This document shows, in pieces, positions 1-13,825 of a stretch of 64,000 nt of DNA (position 1 is the first letter of the stretch; every line of letters begins with the position of its first letter). The DNA comes from the human T2T-CHM13v2.0 reference genome, Homo sapiens. The notes under the pieces were generated by a model. It ran no database searches, had not been told where the DNA came from, and saw only the letters and a program-made list of their open reading frames with translations. Where the stretch lies: NCBI RefSeq assembly GCF_009914755.1, contig NC_060926.1. One strand, 5' to 3'. The translations under genes were made by a program, and so were the position numbers.

Positions 1-754
1 ATCAACAACCCAAGGGAGCTGTGTGAACACTTCATACTTTGGCATATGCTACTTCCAATTTTCTCCATTATGCTGTCATCCTAAAAATGCACATCAACAG
101 CTCATTCCCAGGTCTTCACAACATTCTCTGTGGAAAAGAGGCCTGAGTTTGCTAAGACTTCGGATCTAAAGTGGATCCATCATCGCCATTTCTCACAGCC
201 AGCTGTGCTAGAACAGTCACTGTGCCTCGTTGCTTCAACAAATAGAACAGCGGTCCTCTGCTCTGCCTGCCATCCAGGTCCACTGCCACAGCCCTGGTTG
301 ACCTGGTGGAAATGGGACCTGTCTACAGACACTAAGAGGACTTCTGGGGCAGAGGTGGGCCCCAGGCCCTGGGGACACATGGGGCCACACCACTGCGGCA
401 GGGTTTGTCAGGCTTCCTAGATAAACAGCTTGAGGGGTTTTGCTTTTTAAAAGCCATTTATTGATCTGTTGTCAGTCTTGACTCACAGGCTGCTCCTGAT
501 CAATACATGCTGGCAACGTCTACAGTCGCTCGTCATCAGATCTGTCCCAGAGCCAGGCTGTGTGATCTCACTGTGGAACTCAGGGTGGTAATGCTCAACC
601 AAGTCTTCTTCTCAAAACCATGCTGAGCATTTTGAGACTGAGCAAGAGCTTTTCAGGGCAGGCCCCCACTGCTAATGACAGGAGACGGTGCTGTGTCCCA
701 GTTCCACCTTAAATTAAGCTTACCGCCATTCCTTCCTCTCCTCATTCAACAAAT

Positions 755-1390
755 AGAGTCAATCATCGCTGTGAGCTGACTCCATATTTGAGAATTCGCC
801 TACTCGCTAAAATACATTTGTAATCCCAAAATCAATATGCATGGTGTTGGCATGGTCATTTGCAAACACGTGCAGGGCAGCAAAACATTTGAGTTTCCCA
901 ATGTGCAAGTTCCCAGCTGAGGTCAAGCAGTGATGCGCCGCCTTATTGTTTTAGCTCTTACACCGTATACAGTATCTTTTTTGTAGTCTACTCAGTGCCA
1001 CATTTTGGGGCACTAGGTTTTCTTGGTGATTCTGCTGGTTAGGCTGCCAAGTGGAGTGCTGATGTGCTGTCTAATGTTCCTAAGCCCAAGGAGGCTGTGA
1101 TGTGCCCGATGGAGATAATGTGTGTTTCAGATAAGCTTCATTCAGGCCTGAGTTACAGTGCCGTTGGCTGTGTGTTCGGTGTCAATGCGTCAACAATATA
1201 TACTAAATAAAGCATCTTTAAACAGAATTACACCTAAAACAAGGTTATGTGTTGATCTATTGATGCTGTGGCAGGAGACACACAGGAAGCTAACCTTGCA
1301 TTTCCTCCAGGAGCAGTGGCTCAGTACTTGCTAAGTTAGCTTGCAGTGACTTCTCAGAGCATAACTTCCTTAGACAATGAGAACGGACTG
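755..1390 (-). mobile_element. MER82 (TcMar-Tigger DNA transposon), near full length
   Basis: Matches the reverse complement of the remembered MER82 consensus (aattcgcctactcgctaaaat; ttcccagctgaggtcaa; gataagcttcattcaggc; aaaacaaggttatgt; aatgagaacggactg). Confidence 0.8.
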
Positions 1391-3489
1391 GACCTGGTGG
1401 GTGCCCACTAGGTGCCAGGCCCTGGGGAAGGTGCTGAGTCTAGACAGGAATGATTTTTTTGAATCTTTCTCTCCAGTGCATGGAGACAGGCTCTCCTGCA
1501 AAAGCCATCAGGACCAGAGGATCTTCTGACAGCCACCATGGTCCACAATCAGGAATGAGTTCCAGAGCCTGCTGAAAGGGGACACGGCAGGGCCTCTGGG
1601 GTGCTGGTCTCATTCTGTTTCTTGGTCTGGTGTATTCAGTCTGGAAATGCACTGAGCTACACACATAGGATCTGTGCATTTCTCTGTATGCATATTATTC
1701 TTCAATTAGAAGTAAAAGCACACAAATAACAAAACCCCCCCTAAGACAGGAGTCACTAGGTGCTTGAGAGTGACCAGGAAGAAGAGCCTAGCTCCCTGTG
1801 CACATAGAGAAATGAGGCAAGTTTGCACCCAGAGCTGTTTCCACACTGCAATTAAGCAAGGTGCCCCGGATGCCCTCACCAGCAGACCCTTTCCACCGCT
1901 TCACTACCCCACAGCTTCAAGTGCACCCTCCGTAGGGCCTCACCCCCTTTGCCTTTTCTAACCACTGCCTCCCCTCATCCACACAATCTCCCTCCTCCTC
2001 CACCCTCCAGAGCCTCCCCTCCTCTTGCTCCACTTCCTCTCCTAAGTGGAATTGCACAACTCAGCGAGTGCAGAGGATCTGACTCCACACAGACTCACTT
2101 TGCAGCCTAGGGGCAAACAGAAGGACACTGTTTCTGGAAGCTTCTTTCCCAGCCACCAGCATGGGGCTGCCAGGGCCAAACTGCCCTCATCCCTTACCTG
2201 ACTCCCAGGTCAGGAGGCACTGCCAAGGGCTCCTCAGCCGGCTCTCCTGCTTTCCCAGGCCAGGCTTTCTGTGGTTTGAATTTCCCAACTGATGCTCAGA
2301 AACCCGCCTCCCGCTGGGCCACATATCTCTTTTCACACAAGCTTCAACTCCACATGGCAGAAAGACAAAAGCCACTGCTGCTTTAACAGCCCTGGTAGCA
2401 CGCTTCTATCATTAAAAGGCGAGGGAGTGAGGGCCCAGAGGGGCCGTCTTCCCCGGTGAAAAGGCTGAGGGAGACAGAGAGTCTCCCAGTGGCAGCATTT
2501 ATTTACGAGGGCCTCATATGGTAGTATATCCATCATGGGGTGGGGTGAGTGTCAGTCCTTGTCCCAGGGCAGGAGTTTGCTCAGGTCCCCATAGTAGAAA
2601 CTGATGTGAGTTTTTCCCAAATGGGGCCCTGGGGTCTGCTTTGGTTGTTGTCAGGGCCCCAACTATACCTGCTTTGGGGATCTATTGCTCACAGGTAACA
2701 TCTGTGAGAAGGCATTCATAAAGAAAAAACAATCGTTGAGTCACATCTGTGTTTGGGTGTGTGGAGTGAGGCCAGGAATCTGGCCAGCCATGTGTATTGG
2801 GGGCACCCCAAGGGGCAGATGCCTTACCAGGCTCTTTTCCTGACTTCTGGGACAGCTGCCCAGCACTTGGCATGTCAAGGTTGGCAGACATCCCAGGGTG
2901 GCCTGGTCCAACCTCCACATCTCATAGTGGAGATCCCGGGGAGCCAGGGCCGGGCTCAACGGCACAGAGTTGTCAGTGGAGGAGCTGGACTGAAAGCACA
3001 CTTGCTAAACTGCCGCTGCCTGTGCAATTAAAGCTAGCCTCTCGGCAGGAGGCAATGACCACTCTACCTCCACAGAGACAGCTGGTCTCCGCTCCCAACC
3101 AGCTGATATAACTGTGACCTCACAAGGATATGGGGAGGGAAAGGCACTGTTATTTAAAAATAACTTTGAGCTAGAGCACGATTGAGAAAAAGGTGAAAAA
3201 TTATTCTACTTACACTTTGAAATGTACACAAACACCTCACCTTAGATTCCTTGTCTCCCCATCTCAGATCTCCAGGAACTGCTGGAATTCTACAAGAACT
3301 GTCTAGGGTGGCCAACAGAAGAGTAAGTAATCCATTCCAGGGGCAGCTATTGTCCTTGGAGCTCAGATTTCCCTTTCTCTATTACATCTGGGCCCTCCTT
3401 CACTCAGCACTAGTCAGGTAGGGAAGTTTCTCCCGACCAAAGAAATGTTCACAGCTAAGGTTTATTCCATCTTTGTCTTCAGAGCAGTA

Positions 3490-3670
3490 TCATATTCATA
3501 ATGACCCTCACAGCCCTCCTTGCAACGTAAGGATATTTTCAATCCCCATTTTGGATATGGGACCACAGAGTCTTATGGAACAAAGTGACTTGTCCAGGGT
3601 CCTTGGCCAATATGTAACAAAGCTGGGATTTGAACACAGACCTCTTGATCTCTAATTTTCATTCACTACA
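3490..3670 (-). mobile_element. MIR
   Basis: ccccatttt...aagtgacttgtccaggg...ctgggatttgaacacag core. Confidence 0.65.
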
Positions 3671-3764
3671 TCACATACCATCTCTTACTAAGAGGTATGA
3701 CCTCATGACTGTCCTATAAAACCACTTCCTCCCCATTTTAACTTATTCATTGAGTGGCAAACAA

Positions 3765-3980
3765 CAGTTACTCAGCCTTGGCACTGCTGACATTTTGGGC
3801 TGGATAGGTCTTTGTTGTGGGGAGCTGTCCTGTGCACTGTAGGATGCTCAGCGTCTCTACCTGCTAGATGCTGGTATACCTCCCTTCCCCACCCTACCAC
3901 AGCGGTGTCAATCAAATATGTCTCCAGGCACTGCCAATGTCTGCTGGGGCCCATGCCTGCCCCAGCTGAGAACTGCAGTG
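3765..3980 (+). mobile_element. MER20 (hAT-Charlie)
   Basis: ggcactgctgacattttgggctggata...ctgtcctgtgcactgtaggatg...atgtctccaggcactgccaatgtc. Confidence 0.8.
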
Positions 3981-4019
3981 CAGCATGACACTGTGGAGCG
4001 TGGGCTGCAGTGAGTCTAT

Positions 4020-4200
4020 GTGGCCTCCACCTCTCCTCCACAGTTTACTAGCTACATGCCTTTGTGCAAGTTCTTTAACCTAAGTTTCTTTTCTTATTTA
4101 CTAAATAGAATTGTTGTTGAAAATTAACGCATAAAGCATTTAACGTTAATACTTGGCACTTAGTAAGTGCTCACTATATGTTAGCTATTGTTGTTATTAT
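4020..4200 (+). mobile_element. MIR
   Basis: ttactagct...gcaagtt...ggcacttagtaagtgctca...gttagctatt. Confidence 0.65.
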
Positions 4201-4384
4201 TTACCCATTTACTGAGAGGGTAAATCTGCTGCAGACCCTGACTTCAAGAAGCTGATAGAGGGGGGCAGGCATACAGGCAGAAAGGTGAAGTATTATGGTG
4301 CCTTGACACCCAAGCCATTTTTGGGAAGAGCACAACCCTTACAGAGTCTCAGCAAGATGCTATTTGCTAGTGACAGCCCTGAAA

Positions 4385-4566
4385 CAGTGCTGCCCAGTAA
4401 AACTTTGTATAATGATGGAAATGCCCTCTGTGCTGTCAACCAGTCATACGTGGCTCCTGAGCTCTTGAAATGTGGCTGCTGTGACTGAGGAACTGCATTT
4501 TAATTTCGCTTACATTTACATTTAAACAGCCACGTGCAGCTACTGGCTCTGTGTTAGAGAGCGCAG
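4385..4566. mobile_element. MER3 (hAT-Charlie)
   Basis: cagtgctgcccagtaaaacttt..taatgatggaaat...ttgaaatgtggct..tgtgactgaggaactg. Confidence 0.75.
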
Positions 4567-4574
4567 ACCTGGAG

Positions 4575-4855
4575 CCTCACCACTCCAAGTGTCGTCCACG
4601 GACCAGCACTGCTGCCATTATTCCAGACGTACTGGGTGGGAAGCATCACCTTAAGCAGATTCATAAGCACTCCTAAGTTTGAGAAGCGCCGCTGTCCTAG
4701 AGCCCAGTATCTCAACATTGGCCACACATTAGAACCACCTGGGCAGCCTTTAACACTCTCACAGTCTGGGATTCATCCTGGGCAGGTCCACCAAATCTGT
4801 GGGGGTGGACTCCCAGGTGACCGCAAGTTGCAGCCAGCTTTGCCAACCACTGATC
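4575..4855. mobile_element. Two adjacent MER5-family fragments
   Basis: caagtgtcgtccacggaccagca...aagtttgagaagc; ctcaacattggccacacattagaaccacctggg...gccaaccactg. Confidence 0.55.
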
Positions 4856-6659
4856 TTGATGCTGCTCTGAGCTTCTGCCCAAAGAAACCCTGAAGAGAGA
4901 GCTCACAGTATGTTGTCCCCTTTCTGGGGACAACAGTGCCCAGCTGACCAGATGACCCAGTTCTTGAGAACTGGGCTGACATCTGCCCCCTGCCCCCAGG
5001 CTCTGGTAGATGCTTCTTTTAACCAGCCAGTGCCCCTGGTCCCCAGGACATCTACCCCCAGGGCTGCCCATGCTATGGGTCCACACTGTTGCCACCTCAG
5101 ACCTCACCTCCTGCCATACCCTTGGCCCTGCTCAGAGGGGCCTGGGACACTTCCTACTTGTCATAAAGATACTGTCTTCTCTTCTTCAAACCTATTTCTC
5201 TCCTGAGCCCTGGGGTGAGTGCACAGAGGGTCTCAGCGCCCCCCACATAAGGTTAATGGCTGCCGTGGAGAAAGTACTGAAGCCAGCCCTCTGAAATGGC
5301 ACCAGTGCAGCTGCAGGGGATGGGCGGCACTGCTTATCTGCTCCTGGGAGGTGGGCTGCACCTGTGCAGGAACCAGAGCACTGCACCTGCAGGTTCTAGA
5401 GACATAAAAGCACTGCCCGATCCTGGTCTCCCATGGTCCCCCATCCCAGGTAGAAACTGTAAGACTTCCAGCACCTTCTCAGTCCTTCTCAGGTCCCAGC
5501 AGTCACCATGGTCACTTTTGTTATAATCAGTTTTAATTCAGTAATTAAAATGTGTAGCCTCTGGGCGAAGTGAGGCTATGACTCCTGAATGCAGGGTGTC
5601 TGAGTTGGGGCGGAGACTCCTTTCCCGAGGGCTGAGAGCTGGGGAAGAAGGAGAGTAGGGAGATCAGCAGGACTCTTTGGAGCCTTACAAGGTTTTGTCC
5701 TGCCTGGGCCTGGCAGACACTTGAAACTGACACTGGGGGATTCCCAGCCACCACTGGGACTCTGGTTGTGACCGCTTCTCATTGTCCCCTTGTCCTCTTG
5801 GCTGGCTCCTCATGTGGGGCTCTGGGAGCACAAGTGGGTCATGTGGTGGTCCTGTCTGCCCCATGCCCACAGGTGGTCTGAGTCCAGCAGCAGTCCTTCA
5901 TGTCTCCCAACTGCAGGGCACATCTGTTCAGCTTCTAAGAAGTCCCATGGAAGCCACCCTTGCAGACTCTGCATGAGGGAAGTTTCCTCTGCGCTGGTGG
6001 CTCACAGGACTGCAGTGTGCTCTCCACAGAAAGTGTTTTGCAAATCCGCTTTATTCCTCCCCACCGTCCGTATATTCTGAGGGTGGGGGTGGTGAGTGGT
6101 TGTTGACTCCACAGATCCTGCAAACATGCTCTCTGGTATCTTACATCTCTGCATTGGTGCCTTAACCAAAACTGGGACAAGGAGAATCCCATTCTCATAC
6201 AGCATTCTGTGCAGCTGAGATGAGAATATTTTAGTACATGTTTAGGAAAGTATGACTGTACTCTATGAAACTGTATCACATTTTGCAGTTAAAATGTCTT
6301 TGCTGCCCTATTTGCTGTTATTACAAATAACCTCATTATATAAAGGAGGAAATTAAGACTCAGAGTTTACAAGACTCAACTTGCTCAGAATCCCACAGCC
6401 CCTAAGAGGTGCTCCTCAGAGTAAACCCCACAGATCCACACTCTTCAGTCTTACCACCCAGCCCCTGCCTTGCTCCCTCCCTCATCCCAGCACCTGGTCA
6501 TGCAGACACAGCCTGGTCCAAGGATCACCCACTGCAGGCTAGGAACCCCAGGGCATGGGTATGGGTGCTCAACAGAGGAAGAAAAACCCTGGAAGTTCTC
6601 AAGGGCTCAGGATCTAGTTCAGGGGTCGAGTGAAGTACGCTCAATATGGGCAGGGGTGT

Positions 6660-7015
6660 GTACAGAGTGCCAGGGAGCTGGTATCAGGGGCGGGGCTGCA
6701 GGAGATGTTGGAGGGAGTGAAATGGCAGACAAACTTAGAGAGGCAGAAATGTTTGTTTTGGCCAGAATCTAAAAAGCCTTAAATGCCTTCTCTAGGAGTC
6801 TGAATTTTATTCTAAATATAATGGGAAGGCAATGCGAATTTTTAAAGAGGAAAGCTCCATGGTTCCACCCACGACCTGGGAAGAAAGGGTAAGAAGAGAG
6901 TTGGAGGGAGGAGGTACTGTAGGTGTCAGGTTAAAGATGAGGCTGGCATGGGGACGTGGGAGGATAAAGACGCTGCACATTAGGATGACCAGAACTTGCT
7001 GACCAAGGTGAACAT
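6660..7015 (-). mobile_element. L2 fragment (appears to continue at about 12860-13260)
   Basis: aggagtctgaattttattctaa..aatgggaag..c motif typical of L2. Confidence 0.5.
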
Positions 7016-7029
7016 CACAACTGGCATTT

Positions 7030-7630
7030 TTCATCCATCAGACTGGAGGAAAAAAAACACTGACGACACTTAGTGTTGATGAGGGGGTGGAGAAATAGTC
7101 TCTATTCTGCTGGAAGAAGTGTAAACCAGCACAACCTTTATGGAGGGTAATTTAAAGTTGTCTATTAAAAGTGCACATGATCTGAGAACCTGAAAATCCA
7201 CTTTTAGGAATCTATCATAGAGAAACAACCGTGTAAATACATAGGGATTAAAATGGACAAGAATGATTACTGCAGCACTGTCAGCAAGAGGGAGAAAAGC
7301 TCAAACAAGCGGAATGCCCCTCAGGAGGGGAACAGTTAAATAAAACACAGAACACATACAGTGTAACCCTTAAAAAGAAAGACGCGAGGCAGTTCACTCT
7401 GATTTAAAAAAAAAAAAAAGATGCCCATGCTTTACTGTGGAGTGAAAGTGCAAGCCAAGATGTACAGCATTTTTGTGATTAAAATAAAAGGATCCACGTG
7501 CCTAGATATGCATGCCCATCTTGTTGTGGTTATGACTGCAGTGTTCAAGGGAAACACGATGAATCTGGTGGTGCGGTTCCCCCTGGGGAGTGGGATTAAA
7601 GAGGTTCAGAAAGGGGTGGGCAGGAGGCCA
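7030..7630 (+). mobile_element. Old L1ME-type 3' fragment
   Basis: gtgtaaaccagcacaacctttatggagggtaattt...aatccacttttaggaatctatc. Confidence 0.6.
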
Positions 7631-7664
7631 CTATCCCTTTTTTTTTGTATTTGAAAATTATTCT

Positions 7665-7980
<316 letters not shown>

Positions 7981-8373
7981 TTATTCTTACATTTATAGAT
8001 AGTAAAATTCACCCTTTGGTTGTACAGTTCTGAATTTTAACACGTTTAGCTTCTTATAACAACCGTCACAAACAGGATACAGAATATCAACACCCTGAAG
8101 AATTCCTTCTTCCTTCCCCTATGTAACCAGACTCTCCTCCTACTCCCAACCCCTGGCAACTACTGATCTATTTGTTCTCTGTCCATATATTTTTGCCTCT
8201 TCCAAATGTCATAGAAATGGAATAATTCAGTTTGCAATTTTGAAAGACTGGCTTTATTCACTGAGCATGCACAATTAAGGTTACTGTGTATATTGAGGGT
8301 CCATTCCTTTTGATGGCTAAGTAGTTTTTAATCATATGGATGTACCACAGTTTGTTTCCCATTCACCAGCTGA

Positions 8374-8786
<413 letters not shown>

Positions 8787-9385
8787 CTAGGATAAATACC
8801 TAAAGTGGAATTGCTGGGTCATAAGCATATTTTTAATTTTATAAGAAATTGCCAAACTGTTTTCCAAAGTGACTGTGCCATTTGCATTCCCATTGGCCAT
8901 AGAGATAATACTCTAATGAGAATTGCATTTTCTCCACATCCTCACAAGCACAATGGTATTATTAATATTTTTTGTTTTGGTCATTTTAATAGTTACGTAA
9001 TGGTATCTCATTATGGTTTTGTGTTTCCCTAATGGCTAATGATGGTAAGCATATTTTCAGGTGCTTATTTGCCATCTGTACACTTTCTCTGGTGAAATGT
9101 CTGTTCATGTCTTTTGCCCGTTTTCTAATTGGTTTGCTGTTTTTTTGTTTTTTTTTTTACTATTGACTTTAAAGAATACTTTATATATTCTAAATACTGG
9201 TCCTTTATAGGATATGTAGTTTGCCTATCTTTTCTTGCAGTTTGTAGTTTGTCTTTTCAGGCTCTTAAATAGGTCTTTTGCAAAGCAAAAGGTATTAATT
9301 TTAATAATGTCCAATTCATCAAATTTTCCACTTTGGATGCTTTGATGACAAGTCTAAGATGTCTTTGCCTAGCCCTATATCCCAA

Positions 9386-10081
<696 letters not shown>

Positions 10082-11099
10082 AGTATCTCTGAATTTAGTA
10101 TAGTATACAGAGAGTCTATAGTTTTCTGTATTGTCTTTAATTCCAGTATTACAATCATGCTGGCCTCATAAAACGGGTTGGGAAGTGTTTCCCCTTAGTT
10201 TTGCTGAGATTTTGTATAATTGGTGTTATTTCTTCTTTAAATGCTTGGTAGAAATCACCAGTCAAACCACGTGAAAATGGAGTTTTCTGGAAGGTTTTTA
10301 CCTACAGATTTGATCACTTTAACAGATACAGGACCATTCATGCTATTTTTTAAGTTTGATAGTTTGTGTCTTTCAAGGAATTGGCCCTTTTCTTCTCATT
10401 TGTCAAATTTATGTGCGTAGAATTGTTCATAGTATTCCCTTATTATCATTTTAATGCCTATGGAGTCAGTAGTGGCACTCCATAATGTTTGTAATTTGTG
10501 TCTTTTTTCCCCTCAGTTTTTAAATCAACTTTATTGGCTATTTTGAAGAACCATCTTTTGGTTTCATCAATTTTTTTTCTATTATTTTTATATTTTCATT
10601 TATGTTTGCTCTTATGTTTATTATTTCTTTCCTTCTTGCTTTGAGTTTAGTTTGCTTTTCTTTTTCTAGTTCCTTAAAGTGGAAGCTTAAATTACTGCTT
10701 TGAAACATTTTTTCTTTCTAATATAATTTAATGTTGAGTTTCCCTAAGTACCAGTTTATCTGCATTCCACAAATTTTGATATGTTGTATTTTCATTTTAA
10801 TCCAGTGTTCTAATTTCCCTTGAGACATCCTCTTTGATCCATGGATTATATAGTGGTGTAGTGTTTAATTTCAAATATTTGATGATCTTTTTCATATTTC
10901 TTTCCAGATATTTTTCAGATGTTATCAAACTCTTATTTAATTCATTAAGGGCAGAGAACAAGCTTTGAATAATTTCAATTCTTTCGAATTTAATAAGGGC
11001 TGTTTAGTGACCTAGAATATGGTCTATCTTCATGAATGTCCCATGTGCACTTGAAAAGAACATGTATTCTGCTGTGGCTGGTGGGCTGTTCTATAAATA

Positions 11100-11152
11100 T
11101 CAATTAGGTCAAGTTGGTTGATGATGATGTTCAACCAACTTGACCTAATTGA
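11100..11152. repeat. Perfect 22-bp inverted repeat with a 9-nt loop
   Basis: tcaattaggtcaagttggttga-tgatgatgt-tcaaccaacttgacctaattga. Confidence 0.95.
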
Positions 11153-13284
11153 AATATCCTTTCTGATTTTCTACCTGCTACTTTTCTTGACTACTGACAG
11201 AGGAGTGCTAAAGTCTCTACATCTTACTATGGATTTATTTATTTTTCCTTTCAGTACTACCAAGTTTTTGCTTCATGTATTTTGAAGCTCTGTTGTTAGG
11301 GACACACACATTTAGTACTCTTATGCATTCTTGATTCACCAATATTACTGAAATTATCATTATATAATGTTCCATTTTATCACTAATAATTGTCCTTTTT
11401 CTGAAGTCTTCTTTGTGTTATATGAATATATAGCCACTCCAGCTTTTCCAACTCTAAAATTTCTATCTTTATAGCTTCTATTTTTTTTTTACAGAGAATT
11501 TCTATCTTTCCATTAATTCCAAGAGTACTCATTTTTACTTCTTAGAATGTGGCATAATAGTTGCTTTAAAGTCTTTGTCTAATAATTCTAACATTTGAAT
11601 CCTCTCAGGGTTGGCATTTGTTGATTGCCTTTTTCCTCGAGAATTTTTTAGGCTTTCCTGGTTCTTTGTATGTTGGATAATTTTGGTTCATATCCTACAG
11701 ATTTTGAATATTATGCTGAGACTTGGTCCTTCTAAAATTCTCAAAAGGTTTTGCTGTGCTCATTCTAGTCAGTTTTATGCATGTGCAGCTCAGGGATGAG
11801 CCCAGAACTTCATACACACATTTAAAGGATATCTAACTCAGATGTCTCCTTTCTGTAATCTCCACTCCTCAAGGTTCTATGGCTAGAAAGCCAAGGTTTA
11901 GCCTCTCTGCACTGTAGCACCTTCTTGTGACTGGGACCACCTCAGGACAGAGTGGCAAGGGAAAGGAGCCTGCAGGACCCCCAACCACCATACCTGTTGC
12001 TGCTGTCTGTGCTAATACGGGGGTATAGCTTCATTATTGGGTTTCTCTGGGGGTAATGTCTAAAGAGTCAAAAGAGCTCTGACCCATAGGAGCTGCTGTG
12101 GGGAGAGGCAGGTACTCACTTGGAGTGCTCTAGGCTGGTGCATACTTGGAGCAGGGCTGGAAGGGCTAAAGGACCGTTGCCCTGCAGAGGGTACTGCTAC
12201 CATCTTCAGCAGGGGTGAGGGGTTGGCCACTTCACTGATGACCAAAGATTAGGACTGAAAGAATCAAGAGTTGTGCCTCACAAGGGACATTACTGCCACT
12301 GCCACCAGGGCAAGTAGTTTCAGCTTGTTGTTGGCATTTGCCTGGCATAGGGATGAGAGAATAGAAAGAACTCCATCCTGCAGGGATGCTGCCGCCAAGA
12401 GGGATTTGCTGCTTAGTTGCTGGTGTTCACTTGGAGTAGGGCCAAGGCTGTCCAACAAGCTCTGTCCCATAGGGGCTGGTGGTGGGGGGGTGCAGTAGGA
12501 TCTGGGCTAGGAAAGTCCCAGGAGCTCTGGCCTGCAGGGGTTGTTGATACCACCAGTGGCAGAGCGCAGAGGTGTTACTTCACTGCTCACACTTGCTATG
12601 GAGTCAACACTCAGGTCCTGATCTATCTCCTCAGGCTACCAGCTCCTCCTCTTACCTACCTTTCAGAGTCCCCTGATACTCACTTTATGCATTCAGTTTA
12701 GGGTTTTATGACGTATCAGTGGGAGAGATGGGGTGGTGTTTATTCCATCTTGGTCAGAACAGCAAGTCCCTTTTTATGTCACTTTTAAAGTGGTAGGATT
12801 ACGAGGTGATTTTACTATCATTTTTAGGCCACTCAGGATTGTTCATATAAAGATATCTGTAATAATGCTGAGGTTTCTGGCTTGAGTATCTGGGTAGATG
12901 GAGTACTGAGAAGGAAAGAGAACTGTGCTGGAGGTGGCATTGACAAATGGAATTATGAATGCTGAAGTGTCAAGTCAGGGCTGCTCATCAGATGGGTAGG
13001 TGGCTGATTGCTGTGGCCCAAGAAGTCAAGGGAAGCAAGAACTCCAGGAAACAGGTGGGAATCTGTGATGTGTCTTGCACGAGGGGAAATGAGGAGAGGT
13101 CGCTTTGTACTGGGTGACATGCAAGGTTAAGACACACATGGTTGAGGAGCAGAGGAAAGAGGCAGGGAAACAGAGGTTACAGTGTTGATGACACTTGCTC
13201 AGAAGGGACTGTGAAGGGAAGGGCAAGACAAAAAGAAATGCCAATGTGAGCAAAGTTGGTTTTCTTTAAGAATTCAAGACATAT

Positions 13285-13825
13285 GTGGGTATATACCCAA
13301 AATAACTGAAATCGGAATCTCAGAGATATTAACACCCCCTGTTCACTGAGGCACTATTCACAACAGCCAAGATGCGGAAACAGCCTAAATGTGTTTGGAC
13401 AAACAAATGGATAAAGCAAATGCAGTGTATACCTACAGTGGAATATTATTCAGCCTTAAAAAGGAAGGGAATTCTGTACTTGCAGCAACATGAATGAACC
13501 TTGAGGACATTATGCTAAGTGAAATCAGCTAGTCACAGAAGGACAAGTATTACATGATCACATTTCTATGTGAAATCTAAAATAGTCAAATTCATACAAT
13601 TGAAGAGCGGAAAGGTGGTCATGAGGAGCTGGGCGGGGGAGAGGGAAATTGGGGGCTATTCATCAATGTTTATAAAGTTTCAGTTATGTTAAGAAGAGTA
13701 CGTTCTAGAGATCTGCTCTATAACACTGTACCTATAGACAACAATACTGCATTGAACATTTTAAAATTTAAGAGGGTCAATCTCATGTTATGTGTTCATA
13801 TCACAATAAAATGAAATTTTAAAAA
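13285..13825 (+). mobile_element. L1MA/MB 3' end, 5'-truncated
   Basis: gggtatatacccaaa...gcactattcacaacagccaag...ggacattatgctaagtgaaat...cacaataaaa; aattcaaga occurs on both flanks. Confidence 0.85.
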
